A model generated the notes under the pieces. That model worked only from the letters and a program-made list of their open reading frames with translations, was not told the DNA's origin and ran no database searches. A program made the position numbers and the translations under genes. Of a stretch of DNA of 64,000 nucleotides, positions 49,889 to 63,940 are shown piece after piece. The stretch is from Raillietiella orientalis (lineage: Eukaryota): positions 2,604,001-2,668,000 of the forward strand of contig JAYWIR010000026.1 in NCBI GenBank assembly GCA_036172245.1, written 5' to 3'. Within the stretch, counting starts at the first letter, position 1. Every line of letters starts with the position of its first letter.

Positions 49889-50167
49889 CCTGCACCATCT
49901 TGCCGATTTGTCACCGTCACCTTGATCAACGTGAACATTCTTGCCAACGAGAAGGTATCGCTTGGCAGAAATGGGCTGGATATTCAGGCAAAGGACATCC
50001 AGACGATCGTCGGTCCAAATACCACTAGCGTCACCGTGGTTTCCAGCCAAGATAAAGCCATAGTCTTGTTCTACTACACGGATAGCAACGCGCAAGGAAT
50101 ACAAGGAAGTTTCAGCGTCCAATTTTCCTCAGTAGCCGATGATCCTATTAAGGATAAAACTGAATAA
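49889..50167 (+). pseudogene. CUB-domain cassette D, terminal exon with broken acceptor
   Basis: Frame is open (PAPSCRFV...FYYTDSNAQGIQGSFSVQFSS), but the acceptor reads ccttgtcg instead of ctttgtag and the terminal Cys is lost. Confidence 0.65.
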
Positions 50168-52399
50168 ACAGTTTCAGCATTTTGATTTAAGGTTCTAGCG
50201 GGGTCGATCGTTCAGCATACTGTGCTTCCAAACACAGCCCCTGCGCGTGCTGTGAACAGATTGATTCATCTTTGTAACACTGCAGGTGCTTTGGAGAAGA
50301 GGCACTTTCGGTGATGCAGATTCTTGAGTGTCTCTCTTGAATTGCTTGTGTTCCCTCATCATTGCGTGGACGATTCGCATTTCTTCCTCTCCTGGAAGGA
50401 AGCCGTAGTACTCATGATGCACTGGTGATTCCCGTGTAAGCAGCGAAGGCGTGGAGGATCTGGAGGGATTGGATCTACCAACTGTACGAGGTTACGATGG
50501 ACAGAGTCCATTCTGCACCTGCTCTTCAGATGAGGTGTCCTGGAGGAACTGTGGCGGTGGCTGACTGCTGCATTTTTACAGCACACGTACAGCGCCTGGG
50601 ATATGCTAAGGAGGTTCTTTGCCCCGAGTGATCTCTCGACGGGCGCTCTTATTGCAGCATTGTGTTGCATGCGCGCCATCCTTGGTGCTGGACTGGTGTT
50701 AGAAACCACCACCCATCAAATGAAGTCACCGATATCAGAGCGTTTCAAAGGGGATTTGACAGGAAGAGGAAGGGAAGAGGGTGACCGACGTGCCTAGCCT
50801 GTTGATGGACGGCAAGGAACAACGTTCCAATGGTCATTGGCCCCACTTTCCTTTTCTTCATTCTTATTTTTCATATTCCCCACCCTCATTTCGCTCCGTA
50901 ACTTTCATGGTGCTTTTGGTTTTTATCCCGGTGCAAACGGAGGAAAACCAAAGAACTTGGTCTCTTTCCACGCGCTTGGTTTGTCTTTGTTTTCCCCGTT
51001 GCGATCTTTCTCTTGCGACGGTCTGCGTTCCGGTGGACCCTTTATTTTATTTCTTGTAGTCGAGTGACTTTCTAAATATTCATGACGTACGACAGAAGGT
51101 ACCAGGGAATGACGTTTCGCTGCCTCCTCATCGTTGAGGGGCGGGTAGTAACGAGGAAGAGATTTACGCTCGGAAGGAGTGGGTAGTTGTGAAAGGCGCG
51201 TTCGAGTCATCATCGCGTGGTGGCTGTGCGTTATAGTACTGTAAGGCCTCAAGGGTCTTCTGGGAAAGTGTGATTCCTGCTTCTCCATAAAGCGCCTCGC
51301 TGTATAAGTCCGGTTGGCTCGAGACCTCAACTGCGAGGGCTCAGAAGATCGCCTTCTGTAGTCCGCACCGCATACTGTCAATCTGGTGGCCACGAGAGGG
51401 AGGTGGAATGCAAGTCTGACGACGTTGAGGACTGAACGCACGATTTAGGCACTCAGAGTTCCGCGTTGGTAAGGACCTGGGGACGGTGGTGTCCGAAGCG
51501 TTTACACCAGCTATCCTGTGGGTTGTCTCCACGCGTTTGGAGCATATTCGGTTACGAGGGAAAAGAGCACCGCTCCTGGATCGAGTGTGGCCGTTCAATT
51601 CATGGCAGTTATGGCCCTTCTGCCCTCCATGCTAGCGGAGGCGCTCGTACTTACCCCCCTCCGTATGCCTACAGCCATGCACGGATGAATCCCTTGCTAC
51701 AGAGGAATCTGGACCTGTCGGGTGGGTCAGGCGCAGCTTGTTTTGCGGATCTCCTGACGTTCCGCTCTCCGTGGGTGTGTCCAGCATGTCCATTGCTCGA
51801 CTCCATTCTTTACAGAATCGCTGCAGATCGTGAGAAAAATGCAACTTCCTTTGCTGTTTCCACCTTAAGATTGCGTCGATGAGACGGATGCGAGCTAGAA
51901 CGCGTTACCCAGGGAAACAAAAATGGAACAAGGAGGGAAGGGGGAGGGGTATTTCAGGAAAAGGATAGTCCTGGATGCACAGAAGGTTTCATCGCTGGAG
52001 ACCATTCCAAGGTGTGTAAAGCAGAATTCCGAGATGAAACCTCATAAGATATGTTCATGAGTACCTCATTCAGAAATTCGCAGAAGGTAACCGTCCATTA
52101 AAAAACTCCGATGCCTTTCCATAAGGGATCGGTGAAGACGACAGAGGTCGTGAAATGAAGTGCACGCGGTGGGCTCCACAGGAAAGGGCATGCACGTACA
52201 ACCTGCGTGTTTTTAGCGTTGGAAGCAGTTCCTTCTCAGAATGCAACCTACGGTAGGAATGCGAAGAGGAAGTGGGTTGTTCCACAAGTCGTCGTTTGGT
52301 AAATGATTCGTGCACTTGTGGTGTGTGAATAATCTCTAATCCTCCTCCTCCGTCTGCAATGCCTCCGAGCAGCTGAGGAAGTGGTTCCAGAACACAGAA

Positions 52400-53950
52400 T
52401 CTCACGTGCGGGTCCTAAGTTCACGCGTAGACTGTGAGCCTCGAAGGGAAGCACACGCCCTGTTCGGTTGCTCAGGCAAGCAAAGAGAAAAGAGAACGGG
52501 AGACCCCCAGACACCAACATTGGAAAAGCCAGCAGGCTGCAAATAGCAAAGTACGCCGAAGCCGCCTGATCAATGGAAGCATCAGTAGCCAGCGAGTTTG
52601 CAAGCGAGCATCCCAGGCGACAGTAGATCGGGAAAGAAGGAAAGGGAAGCTGGGAAAACAGAAGTATCGCGATGCACGAACTAGAAGGCTCTGCAAAAGG
52701 TGAACATCGCGGCTGCAGTGCTGAAAAGCAACAGGCTAAGGTTGTTGTCGAGCCGGGTGCCGCAGATTACGAAAGTACGGTACACATGACTGCCGCTGTA
52801 AGAAAACGATGTTATTGGGTAGCTCCAGCAAGAGCGCAGCTAGTCCACGAGGTGTTCAAGGAGCCAGAGACGATCGAAAACCTCTAGAAGATGCTCCTAG
52901 TCAACTCACTCGAACACCCTGTGGGGAACGACCGCAACAGGCAATTCGCCCGGCATTCCCTCTTGTCGTCTACTTCTTCCAGGTTGGCCAACGGCGGCGC
53001 TTCAATACTCTGAACGGCTTTGCTGGACGACGCAGTGCCGAAGCTAAAAACGAGGTTCGCGCCAAAAGGAGGTTCGTATCGATAGGTCATCCCGGGAAGC
53101 GTATATGTTTGCTGCTCGCTTACCAAGAAGTCGGCGATTTTTCCAGTTCGCGTAACCCTTTGCTTCCGGAACAACTTGACGTGCGAGCTCACCAGAGTGA
53201 TGCGACGCCAGTTGAGCTGTTCGTTGGCAACTGGGATTCGCTCGAGTTCCTCAGCATCCTCGACATCCAAACCGTTCTGGCATAAAGTTGTCACATACCT
53301 TACATATGAGCACAGGCCTCTTGCCATTTGCAGCACGAGACTTCAGCCCATAGGTGCGTAGCCTTAATCCGAACGCGGCAGCATCAGCGGCGACCTGAAC
53401 AGATGTTCCAGCAGGCGGCAATTCGAGTTGTGCTTTTGCTACAACGAATGGTGCCTCGCTTGGGAGCGAAACTGTGTCCACCATCTTCCAATTTTTTCGA
53501 GACAGCGCACCGAACCACCAGTGAAGTGTGGCACAGTCCAGCGGGGAAGAAGCACCGTAAGGGCACGTACTTACTCGGAAAGGACGAGGCGTCGGATGGT
53601 GGATTCGAGCTTCTGGCACTCCAGAAACATGTATGATGCCCATTTCTTACGAGTATTAGATGCAGACGCAGAATCCCAGCGGTCAGCTCTCGTGAGACAA
53701 AAGACAGGACCTCGTCAAAGCAAGAGGCAGAGAAGCAACCAGCCCCCCAGATGGACCAATGAGCAGCTTCGTCCTCCCGTGACGGGATATAAAATGGCAG
53801 CAATGAAATATCCGTTTTCTTTCGAGATCTCACATACACAATTTCTGGCGATTCGCAACCGTATCCTAGTGTGGCCTGAACTTTTATCTGCACATCTGTG
53901 GTAAGCAGTCCATATAGTAGCTGCAATCCTCATGACTTCAAGTTCAGTAC
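52400..53950 (-). pseudogene. Tx1-like RT fragment nested in the unit D ORF2 remnant
   Basis: ORF 52884..53336: LNWRRITLVSSHVKLFRKQRVTRTGKIADFLVSEQQTYTLPG resembles RT domain 2/2a (NWRPITL...Q...PGR); absent from units A and B. Confidence 0.7.
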
Positions 53951-56900
53951 GACGCATCCAGTTTCGGACACGTCGACCGGCCAGCAGCCGAATGGTGTGG
54001 ACCAATTCATCCGGAGTAAACCAAAGGAGAATTCCGAATTAGAAGAATTGAATTTCGCAGGCGTAAGAAAAGCTTCAGAAGAACGGATCTCGGAATTCCC
54101 ACCAACCTTTCAGGGAGCACCAACCCATGTACGCATTTCTGTGAACGGCGCATTAGAGCTTCCGAACAGGCGAACGAGCTCCTAGAGCACCCCTGAAGAC
54201 GTGGCACCGGACCGCACGTGCGCCAAGTGCTGCGCGACGATTGGGCGGTCTACCATAAGTGTTCCTTTTCACTTACAGCGGCGTGCATGACCTGGTCACC
54301 CATTCCTGCTTTCACGGTGTCTTTAATTCCAATCATCGAAAAAGCGGAAGAAGATCAGGAAAAGGTTTCTTTCCTGATGAAGGAACACTTAGGAAGAAAT
54401 AGGAAAACTCGATAGAATTGAGGAATAGGGAATAAAAAAGAGAAGACGGCACTTGCTCGGATTTTCAAAATAGAAAGAGATATCACAAGAACTGGAATTG
54501 GTCCGCTGTGGAGAACAGCTCTTCTCTGAAAGTCCCTGCTTGCGCCTCGATATATTCCATCCTGTGGAAACAGCATTCGCTAAGAAGTGAGCTGCCACCT
54601 GAATCTGCGTGACCCTATTTTAACGGAAATTTACTCTTCCTATATGCTTCACAATTCGCTCAGAGAGTCTGAATTTAGAATTCCCAGCCGCGGAAACTCT
54701 CCTGAAAATTTCCGTATGGCTGTCTCTATTCGCACCCTCTGCCCACCTACAGGAGGCTGCTCAAACGTTGCCCCGCAGCATCGAGGGAGACGTTCATCCA
54801 TGTGGGAGAAACATACAGTCAGTTAGCCGAAATGCGTTTCCTCTTGCATTTGCGGAACACCTCCGACTGCATTTCGCAAAGGTCCTTCCGATAATTCCGT
54901 GCCTCTTCTTACCCTTCTTCTGGTTCTTTCTCGTAAAGCTAACACGCGATTTGCAAGTGTTCAATTTTGAGAAGCAGTCGACTTCTTTCATTTACTAACG
55001 AGCAATTTCGATTTGTACGGCGATACGATCCTCCAAGGAGATCCAACTTCCTTTTTTAATGCTTGCCGTGGTGGATTGAAAAGGATACATTCCTTGAAAC
55101 GATTATTTCTTGGGGTTTTCGTTTCCGTGTTCGAAGCTGAGCGTAGCCAAAGGCATCCAACTCAAAATTCCCACCGCCAACTGCCGGCTTTCCATGGCAA
55201 CGAGGAAGCTCACTCGGTGGGGCAGGCGGACTGCCCAAAGCCCAGATGTCGGGCAGCGCATGTCCTCGTGTAACGGAGATACTATTCCCTACGTTCGGCA
55301 TCCCACTAAGAGACCTACGCTTGCCGTGCTTACTCAGAGGCAACACGCCATCGTTTGCAGAGGACGGCGTCAGCAGCTTAGCTGAACGACAAGAGAAAGA
55401 GTGTTTCCATGGAAGTGCCCACGCTAAAGGGGAAGAGATGCAGACACTGCTTTGTGTTTCTGCAGGGGTCACCTTTTGTTTGTTTTGCCTTCTCCAGATC
55501 CCCCGTTCTTTGCCTTCTCCCTCCTTCATCCCGAAATTCTGTTTCAACAGCAATTCCTCTTTTGCTTCTCTGCTTCTTCAGGACTTTTCTTGATTTCTCC
55601 TTTTTTGAACTTCTGCCTTCTCTTTCGCTCCCTTTCTCACGCTGACCCATGTCCTGTCCTCGTCATGCGTTTTCTTGTCAACCACATTAAAAATCTCCGA
55701 CGCTTCTTGAACCTCTTCCCTTCCGACTGTCCCACAGGATTCCCCCTGGTAGCTTTTCCTGTTGCTCATCTTCCTAGCTGTGCACTAATAATCTTTCACC
55801 CTGGAATCCCTTCTTCCTTTCAATCATCGTGTCGCGTTATGTATTCCACTCTTCATTCCAATCGACATCCTCCATTCAATCATTTCGAGCAGCTGCTGAA
55901 CCAATGATTCCTTGCTCTTTGATGCCCACAATCGTTTTATTCTTGCAACTCCTATTCCCTATGCAGTTTTCGTACCCTGCTTATTTGTTTTTTGCGTTCC
56001 TTATTGATGTCGAATTTCTGATTTTCTACCGTTTCTCTTTCCAAAATCCCAACCCAAATGCACGAAATGCCTCTTCACCAGTTCCAGCTGCTTTTGTCTT
56101 CGAAGTTACAAAAGTACGGTCGCATTCTGTTGTTATTTCGATTCTTCGAAGTTTGCTCCCTTTTTTCCGCTTCCTTTCCACAATTTCAGTTCCCCTTCTT
56201 TCGTTTGCCGTCTTCATCGATTCCATCCTTTTCTCTAATAGAACACCTTGGTTGCCCCGCTTCTTCCTTTCCGGCATTTCCTATTTTTCCACATTCCTCA
56301 CACGAAACATCCCTTTGTCCGCAACCTGCCCTCATCTCCCCTGTGAGCTCCTTTCCTTCCTTTTGCTCACCTACTGGCAATCGGTCTCATCCTCCTCCTC
56401 TCTTTCTTCAAAATCTTTTTGCCTTTACCACTTTTCTAACCTTTTTTTCCTTTTCTATCCCTTCTTCCTTTACGCCAGAACGATTCACTAATTTGGATTG
56501 ACGCTTTCGGGATGACACTGGGATGTATTTGGATCTCGAACCAGAAATACATGGCTGCATCTTCTGGGCTTGCCACTGAGAATTAAAAGTCTACGAGCCG
56601 TTCGATGAGCGTCTGCCAAGGGTTTTCTGCTGATTTTTTGGTTGCTTTCTGCCCAATTAAGAAACAACAGGGTCCTTCCTGGTTTCGTTTTATTCCTCCT
56701 GGAGTGGCCACTCATCCTCCCAGATGGCAGGGCTTTCTCTCTCTGGATATGCGCTGCCACTCCTGGGATTCCTGGACCTGAAAATTGCCCGTTCACAGCA
56801 TGAAAAACACTGAGCGTACGCACACCACCACAACAGGTGGATCGAAGTTGTTCTGGGGAACCCGGGACTCCCCTGGGAACGTGCGGGGCGGATCCATGGT

Positions 56901-59900
56901 TCCCTCCGATAGCTCGAGGAGCGGCCCCTCTTTGTGTGCGAGGGCCGCATCCGAAGATTGCCACCAGGAGCGCCCCATCTGCCTGGAAATCTCCAAAAAG
57001 TCGCAGTACAGAGCGAGAGACCCGCCGTTCCCTTGGCAATTGCACCTACCTCCTTCCCAATCCGCCACGGGGCTGCCGCTGCGCACAGGCTGCATTCCAG
57101 CCAGGTCTCTTCAGATGGCATCCGGAAGAAGTAATGGTAATAAGCCTAAGCTCCGCAAAATGAAAGTTTCGCGGAGCAAATGCCTTCAACTTCCTGGTCC
57201 GTTTTCTGCTTTTTGTTTGTTTTGTGGAATGAAGCGTATCGTAGGAAACGGCCTCGGCCATCTTGGGTATTGTGTGCAGAGGTGCAATGGGGAGTTGGAC
57301 GCTGCCCATTGTCGTTGCGGCGTCTCGGCCGAGCCGAGTCCACCTGGAGAAAAAGAAGAGCCGTCGACCTCTGAAGTCGCCTCACGCGAAGCCTCGGAGG
57401 GTGCCTTCCCCTTTATGCCCAACTACTTTGATCGTTTCCTTTCTTCCGCTTCTTTCCCCCCTTCCATCTTTAACACTTCCTCTTTCGAACGAAGATCGCT
57501 CCTACTTTGTCCATTCTTCCAGCTTGATTTCCAAAGCGCTCATCCTCTCCCCCTTCTCACCCCAAATTCTGCTTAACACGTGACACTTTTCGCAGCACTC
57601 ACATCCGGTGGTTTGCTCTTTTTGTTTTCTTGATGGTTTGCACAATTACTACGGAACGGACGTTGGTTCCTTTCCGTTCCCCAAAGTCTTGAGACATGAG
57701 GATTTGCTCCAGAACCTTATTAGTGACCAGGAAGAAACAGGAGGTGCAGGCAGAATGGTTTGAGAATTGACGTTGCTCTGCAGCTGTTATTCTGTCCTCC
57801 ATGTTTCGTTCTGAAGAGCATGGGGCTGAACGTCCAGACATGGGGAATCTTCTCAGGTATCAGATGGGTGGGGGAGCGCAAAGACTTCGGGATACGTCAG
57901 TATCCATGCGATTGGATTGCTCTTTGTTCGAGGATTCCTCTTAGGTTCATGGAAGTGTCATCGAGGGAGGCATATTGCTTCGCGGGCTGCTGTCAGTCCA
58001 GGAGTGTGTCCGACACGTGGCTGTTTGCAACTGAATAGTGTAAGTGTGAGGAGACAAAGATCCGTGTCGCGTGTTTTGGTTGACGATGGAGTTTTCGCTA
58101 GAAGGCAACTCAATCGGTTTTGGGATGGAAGTCAGCAGACGAGTTGATTCATCTGGCATCATGTTGGGATTGGATTTCACGCTCAGCCATTTCCTCACTG
58201 CGGTTTGGGCATCACGTCTGGAGGCAGAGTGGTGTCTCCCATCGTGGCAGAGTCGTGCTGATCGCAACATGGAAGACGTTCGTATCTCTCAAACGGAGAG
58301 TGCAAAACTGCTGATAGAGAGCGCTAGGAAAGAAATGTAAACCAGGTGACCACAGCCACTGCTGCTTTCCCCGCGCGCACACCCAGGAAAAGAAAAAGGG
58401 TGCTCGTAGGAAGAATGAAGTATATAATGGGAAAGGAAAGGAAAAGAGGAGCAAGAGGTGGAAGGAGGAAGACTCAATGACCTGTATAGTTCTCAGATGG
58501 TCGCCAAATGCAATTTGCTGCACATGCCGAGATCCCGAAACCATGAAACTTCTCTCGAGCTTTGCATTAGCGTCCGGAAGTTGCATCGTTTCCTGCCTCG
58601 AATTAGTATAGGTAGAGCGAGAGTAGATTTAGTTTTCAGTTTGTGCATAAACGCATTCATGACATTGCATCGCCTTGAGATGGGGATTACCTTTGGCTAG
58701 CGCTCCATGAACCGCTCTTGTTACTGATGAGCAAGCATAGAAGATGCACTCACATCTTTCTGGTTGAAGATCCAGATACATAGCAGTACCTTCCCGAAAG
58801 CGTGAAGCATTTGAATAGAAACGTTCATAGAAAGTGCATAAAAGAAGGAAGGAGTTCCTCGAGGACAGAGACAGCAAGGCATGCTGTAGGTCGCAGAAGA
58901 CGACACTGAAAAATCGCATTCTTTCGATGGCCGCCGAGAAGGCATTGCTGGTATGCAGCCTGCCGAGGAGAGCGACAGATGCCCGAAACGACAGAAGTCT
59001 AGGCGACAACAGCTGGTATGAGGAAGGAGTTCGACCACGGAAACCAAGAATTTCATCGGAAGCTCCAGCAGGTTCTCTGACTGCCGAAGCATTTGCCATG
59101 ACGTCGATCTTTGGCTGGTGCACGCGTTCAACGAGGTTGCCTCCATCTCTCGCCTCGAGCGCGCCGCATTCGAGTAAATCGAAATACTGCAAGGAAGGCC
59201 ATGCGCCTCCACGGTCTTCAGCATTTTATAGAGATGCTAAACTGTCAGATGGGACCATTTGCCAAGCCCTCACTGCTCCACGTGCACTTCGGTGGCATTC
59301 GAAAACGACTCGCTTCTCCTGCTGCTTGTGATCACCGTTGCACCGTCAGTGTGGACGTTCCACGGTTGATGTCCCTCAGAGTAAAAGAGCTCGCAGACAA
59401 AAGCAAATCCAAGCGCTGCCATCGGCAATCCCCGTCAACTCTGTGGTCAGCGCAGGTTTTTCGGCAGAAAGTGCCGGCGCGGCTTCCCTACCAGAATTTT
59501 GTCGTGTGGGCGGAAAAACTGCAGCAAGGGGAATCTTCAGTGTTTCTTCCATGAAGGTTAATGCAACCTTCTGAATCTACGAAATGAAGGTGGGTCGTAC
59601 ATTTCCAGGGATGATTGCCACGGACAGGTTCCGTGTACAGTCGGAGACTTTGTCGTCGCTGAAGGTTTCGCTTCGCGCCACAGGCGGTTTTCCTGTGAAA
59701 AGAGACGTTGATCAGGACGCCGAGCTGCAATCTGTCCAGGAAGCCCACGCACTCCTGGAGCTCGAGAAGAATGTCCTTCTCGACCCAATGCGTGGCTTGA
59801 TGAGGGCTGAATGATGACCTGAAGGACTGGCGCTCGCCCTAGACATCCACCACGCGATTAAAGAAACGCCAATATTCCGTCTCTCGAGTTCAACACCTGA

Positions 59901-62546
59901 GTGCGCCTGGAACCACAAGCAGCCGAAGAAAAGTTGCTCCTCCGCACTGCAAAGAGTACAGCAATGGCACGCACCGGATTGAGGATGATTGGTGCCATCA
60001 TTCGGGGTCGTTCATCTCACAGTTTCCCTAGGTTCTAGGAATGAACGTTTGACACGGTGATTAAACGCGTGCTGTCCACATTTCCGTGGGTGTCCTTCGT
60101 TAGGGAAGAAACGCACCCCAGATGATAGGAAAGAGAAGGGCGCGTCTCGTGTTTTAAGGATCAGAGAAGTGATGGTCAGCACAGAAATGTACACTCTGCC
60201 ACGAAGCATTCACGAAATTCCGCGTGCTGTGCTTTACGTTTCCTTGGATTCCCCACAGGAAAGACGCTGTGGACGAGGCGGGGCTGCGACATGATTTTCC
60301 ATAACCGGGAGACCGCCAAGGTTGCCAACCAGAAATAGCTACTTCGGACTTGCAGAGCGTGAAGGGCGCGGGACCAAGCGTCCCAATCTTGCTGCCTCCA
60401 TGGGTCCACCGGAAAAAGCCCAGAAAGGTACGGAGAGCGCGCGCGCGCAGGATGGACGCGAGAAGGGAACGCAAATCGCTCTTCCCTGCTGATGCTGGCC
60501 GTGCAGAGCTGCTCCTTCCCTGCATTGCTGGTTGGCATGGGCGCTTCATCACATCAGCAGTCTGCACGGAAGGGCGAAAAACGAGGAGCAGTGAGGGCGA
60601 TCTTTTCCGCGGAGTTGGTCTTCTGCAGGAATGCACAGAGGTGATTTCTAGTGGGAGCTCGTAGAGGCTCGCAAAACCCTGCACAACGGATGCCCGCGGA
60701 GAGGTCTGAGGAACTGGAAGGGAGGATGACGTAAAGCCTCATTTAATGGACGCAAAGCAATGACGGTGGTTAGTCGTCCTGCTGGCCGGGAACTTGATTA
60801 CATTGAGGACGCTTGGCGGATTCAACGCCGCAACTGGAAGATTTGTGAAGTGGGTGGCCCTGTTAAGCCGGAGCTGCTGTTCGGACACACTAAGAAGTCT
60901 TCGGCGGAAGAAACGCAGGCGGTTGCCTGCTGAAGAGAGGCCGTAACGCGAAACGAACGCGTTCGGCGTGACGTTTGCAAATATGGAATTTTGCTCGCAA
61001 CGTAAGACTTGACATGACGTCTGATTCAATTCTAAAAAAAGATGTTATTCGTACGAGTGAGGAGGGCAAAGGTTCATCAGAGCACTTGGAATGCCAACAC
61101 GCAAAGCAGACAGGTGATCTCCTGCAGGAAGAGTGCACATCCCGAAGAGTCGGGAAATCTTTGATTGCTACGTCAGCAGAAGACGCTGCCAGGCGAAATC
61201 ATCCACCGAAAGCACGGATTGCGAAGGCGTGTCGACTCATAACGGCTGTCCCACACGCTATCCACGTTTCGAAAATATTTATAAATTTCGGCAACGTTTT
61301 CGTTTTCAGCTCTGAAGAGGAAGTCAGTTGTCCTCTGTGCATTCCATGGAACTTGGTGCAGTGTGGATAGGCGGCGACATGGTCCTCTGGGTTCAGCGGT
61401 AAATTCTCGGATTCCTTCCACTCTTGTATTTGGTATCTGCGATTTCAATGATTTTGATGATTGGCACTGAAATTCACGATGTCACGCCTGGGATTTTCCG
61501 ATTCCGCCTTCGATCGTGTTGGCGGTGACTGCTTCCCGGGTCGGCTCTCCGATGAGTTGACGCGTAATAGGGATATGGTCCAATGTTTCGCAGCATCGGT
61601 TTCATTCCAGCTATGAGATTGCAGATTAAAGCTGGTGATAGAGCTTTGCAACAGCTGGCTCCATTTTTTTTTTCTGTCGTGATTCGAAGAGAAGCGCGAA
61701 AACGCAGAATAACGGAGAATCTCCTTCGCTAGAGCCCCGTCTTCGAGTTTTCTGTCTTCCCCAATGGATGCAGCGAGAAGAAGTGGCTGCCACATCAGGT
61801 TTTCACGGAGCTGCAGGCATCTTCGAGAGAGCAACCCGTGGAACGAACCGTGCGACACTCTTATCTCAGTCGACCTAGGAGGCGTGGCTGCCTTTGCATG
61901 CGTCGTGGAGGCGTACGAGACACGCCGCTTCGCTGCTCCCTCAGGGACTGGCGATTCTGGTGACTCGTTGACCCATGCCAGGACAGCAAAGGCGTTAGTG
62001 CATCCACCTGTTGAGGACGCGAGCGAATGCTTGTCTCAGTTAGCAGCTTTGACTGCGATTTCGTTGCTGCACACCTCGCCTAACGCCAGGCGATCCTCCC
62101 AGAGAAAGGAAGAGCGAGCTCCTTTCGGAGGAACGTCCACTCAACCCATCCTCGATTGGTGAGAAACCCAAAGCCTCGTCAGCATGGTTTGAGTGAGCCT
62201 TGTTCGTACTCCGCGGAGAGCCACGTTTGTGGGATCGGAAAGCGATTCTCCACTTGTAGATCGGAAGGGCTCCTTTCCGCCCACCGAGCTGCGACGTGCG
62301 CAGGAAACCGAATGAAGGAGCGTTTTGTATTGCTTTTGCAAAACGATGCGCTGTGAGATCCGCTGTTATAGCACGGAGCCACTGAATTGCTGAGGACGCA
62401 CTCAAACCGTTCGCGGTACATAATCACTCCGCTTGCACAATAACCTGCAGGCAATGAAGATTTCTCCACGCAAAGTAGTTGATGTAGAATTGCTTCGACG
62501 CAACCGGGGTGGAAGACGGGTGGGTTCACCTCTTTACTATCTGCAG

Positions 62547-62803
62547 GCAAAGTCTTCCAGTGTCGAGCCGACCAGGTTGCACCAGACCAGCGAACTGCCG
62601 ACTTCGTGCGAGGCGACCAAAACTCTGCGCGATTTATCGTGCCTGGCCAGACCATTTTCCAAGATCGCTTCATCGTCCAGAGTCTTACTGGAGGCTGCAC
62701 TCTGAGCGCTAAAGTGAAAGATAGCGTCGACACTGTTGTTTTCGCCACTCCCAACTTTCCAAAGAACTTTACAGCGAACACAACTTGCACTTTGGGTCTT
62801 CTG
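62547..62803 (+). CDS. CUB-domain cassette E, 5' exon (alternative acceptor at 62681)
   Basis: tctgcag| ... TPNFPKNFTANTTCTLGLL |gtaag. Confidence 0.8.
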
Positions 62804-63688
62804 GTAAGCAGCGGAGTTTGTGGTAGGGACGATCCACAACTTCCATTTAGCCAAACGACATGCGGAAATCACCGGAGAACGTCTTTGGGAGGTTTGATAC
62901 CCGCTTCGAACTGGGAGAAGGAGGCATTCTGACTTTTGAGGACATCTTGCGCAGGAGAGAGTAAGATCCGTGTGTACCCATTCCTCGCTGCTGCCTGCTC
63001 GCTGCGTCCTGCTGGACCGCCTGCAACGCGATGGCACGCATGTCACTTGTGCTCCAAGGCCGCTCTCCGGAGACCTTTTCAGAGTCCGGGTTCAAGGAGA
63101 TTTGCCGACGTTTCCGTACGTGGAGCTGTTCCTACCCGCGACGATCACCTTCCAGGGTGCTGCACCCGCGCGTGGCTTCCAGCTCACCATGTGCAAGGTG
63201 CCCAACGCCTTCCAGGTTTCGTCGGATATTATGCTGGAGGCGAAAACGATCAACCCCGTCCTCGTAAAAGAACTGGCGGTTCCACAGAAAATGCTTTCCT
63301 TGCTCGTACGGGTACGTGGTGAGCGCATTCGCTGAACCGAATTGTGGTCACCTCGCTGGGTGTCCCTCGGGCGGAGATCCGCGGGCCCGCTGGAGAGAAG
63401 CTTCCGGTGGGCGCCTCCCCGCGCCGTCGCGGTCATTTAAACTTCAGCTGACGGACAGCCGAGAGGTGGTTCGCGCGCCTTGGGTTTCCAGCAACGAGTT
63501 CTCGCGTCGGCTCTTCTTTCTTCAAGAACCTCGTTGGTTGGGAAGTGCGTTCGTTGCTTCGCGCCTGGGTGCTGAAACTCGCTCTACGAGTTAATAGCGT
63601 CCGGTGGGCGGCGGTGTGGCCCTACTGCGATGCATTTCCATCTTCCGACTGAAATGACAGAGTGAGGGGCAATCACTTCTCTTTGTAG

Positions 63689-63940
63689 AAGTCGACTGCA
63701 TGCCGAGTTGTCATCGTCACCTTGTTCGACGTAAACATTAATTCCCACGAGAAGGTATCCATCGGCAAAAATGGGCAGAATCTTCCGCCCAGGGACATAC
63801 AGACCATCTCCGGTCCAAGCGAGGCCATCGTCACCGTGGTTTCCAATCAAGAGAAAGACATAATCTTGTTCTACTACACGGACAACAACGTGCGAGGAAT
63901 AGAAGGAAGCTTCACATTAGTGTACTCCTGCAGCGACTGA
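63689..63940 (+). CDS. CUB-domain cassette E, terminal exon
   Basis: tctttgtag|; ...FYYTDNNVRGIEGSFTLVYSCSD*; AATAAA at ~63964. Confidence 0.85.
   Translation, partial: KSTACRVVIVTLFDVNINSHEKVSIGKNGQNLPPRDIQTISGPSEAIVTVVSNQEKDIILFYYTDNNVRGIEGSFTLVYSCSD

Larger units (their letters stand above)
44400..58700 (+). repeat. Tandem segmental duplication unit D (diverged 5' part, young 3' part)
   Basis: 44.4-50.2 kb is most like unit A (shares the 10.55-11.1 kb block at 48.17-48.72 kb); from ~54690 it is near-identical to 26483 onward. Confidence 0.9.

Noticed and set aside
52884..53926. Endogenous viral element suggested by unique ORFs
   Set aside because: NWRRITL...Q...PG identifies a non-LTR RT remnant; no viral motif seen.
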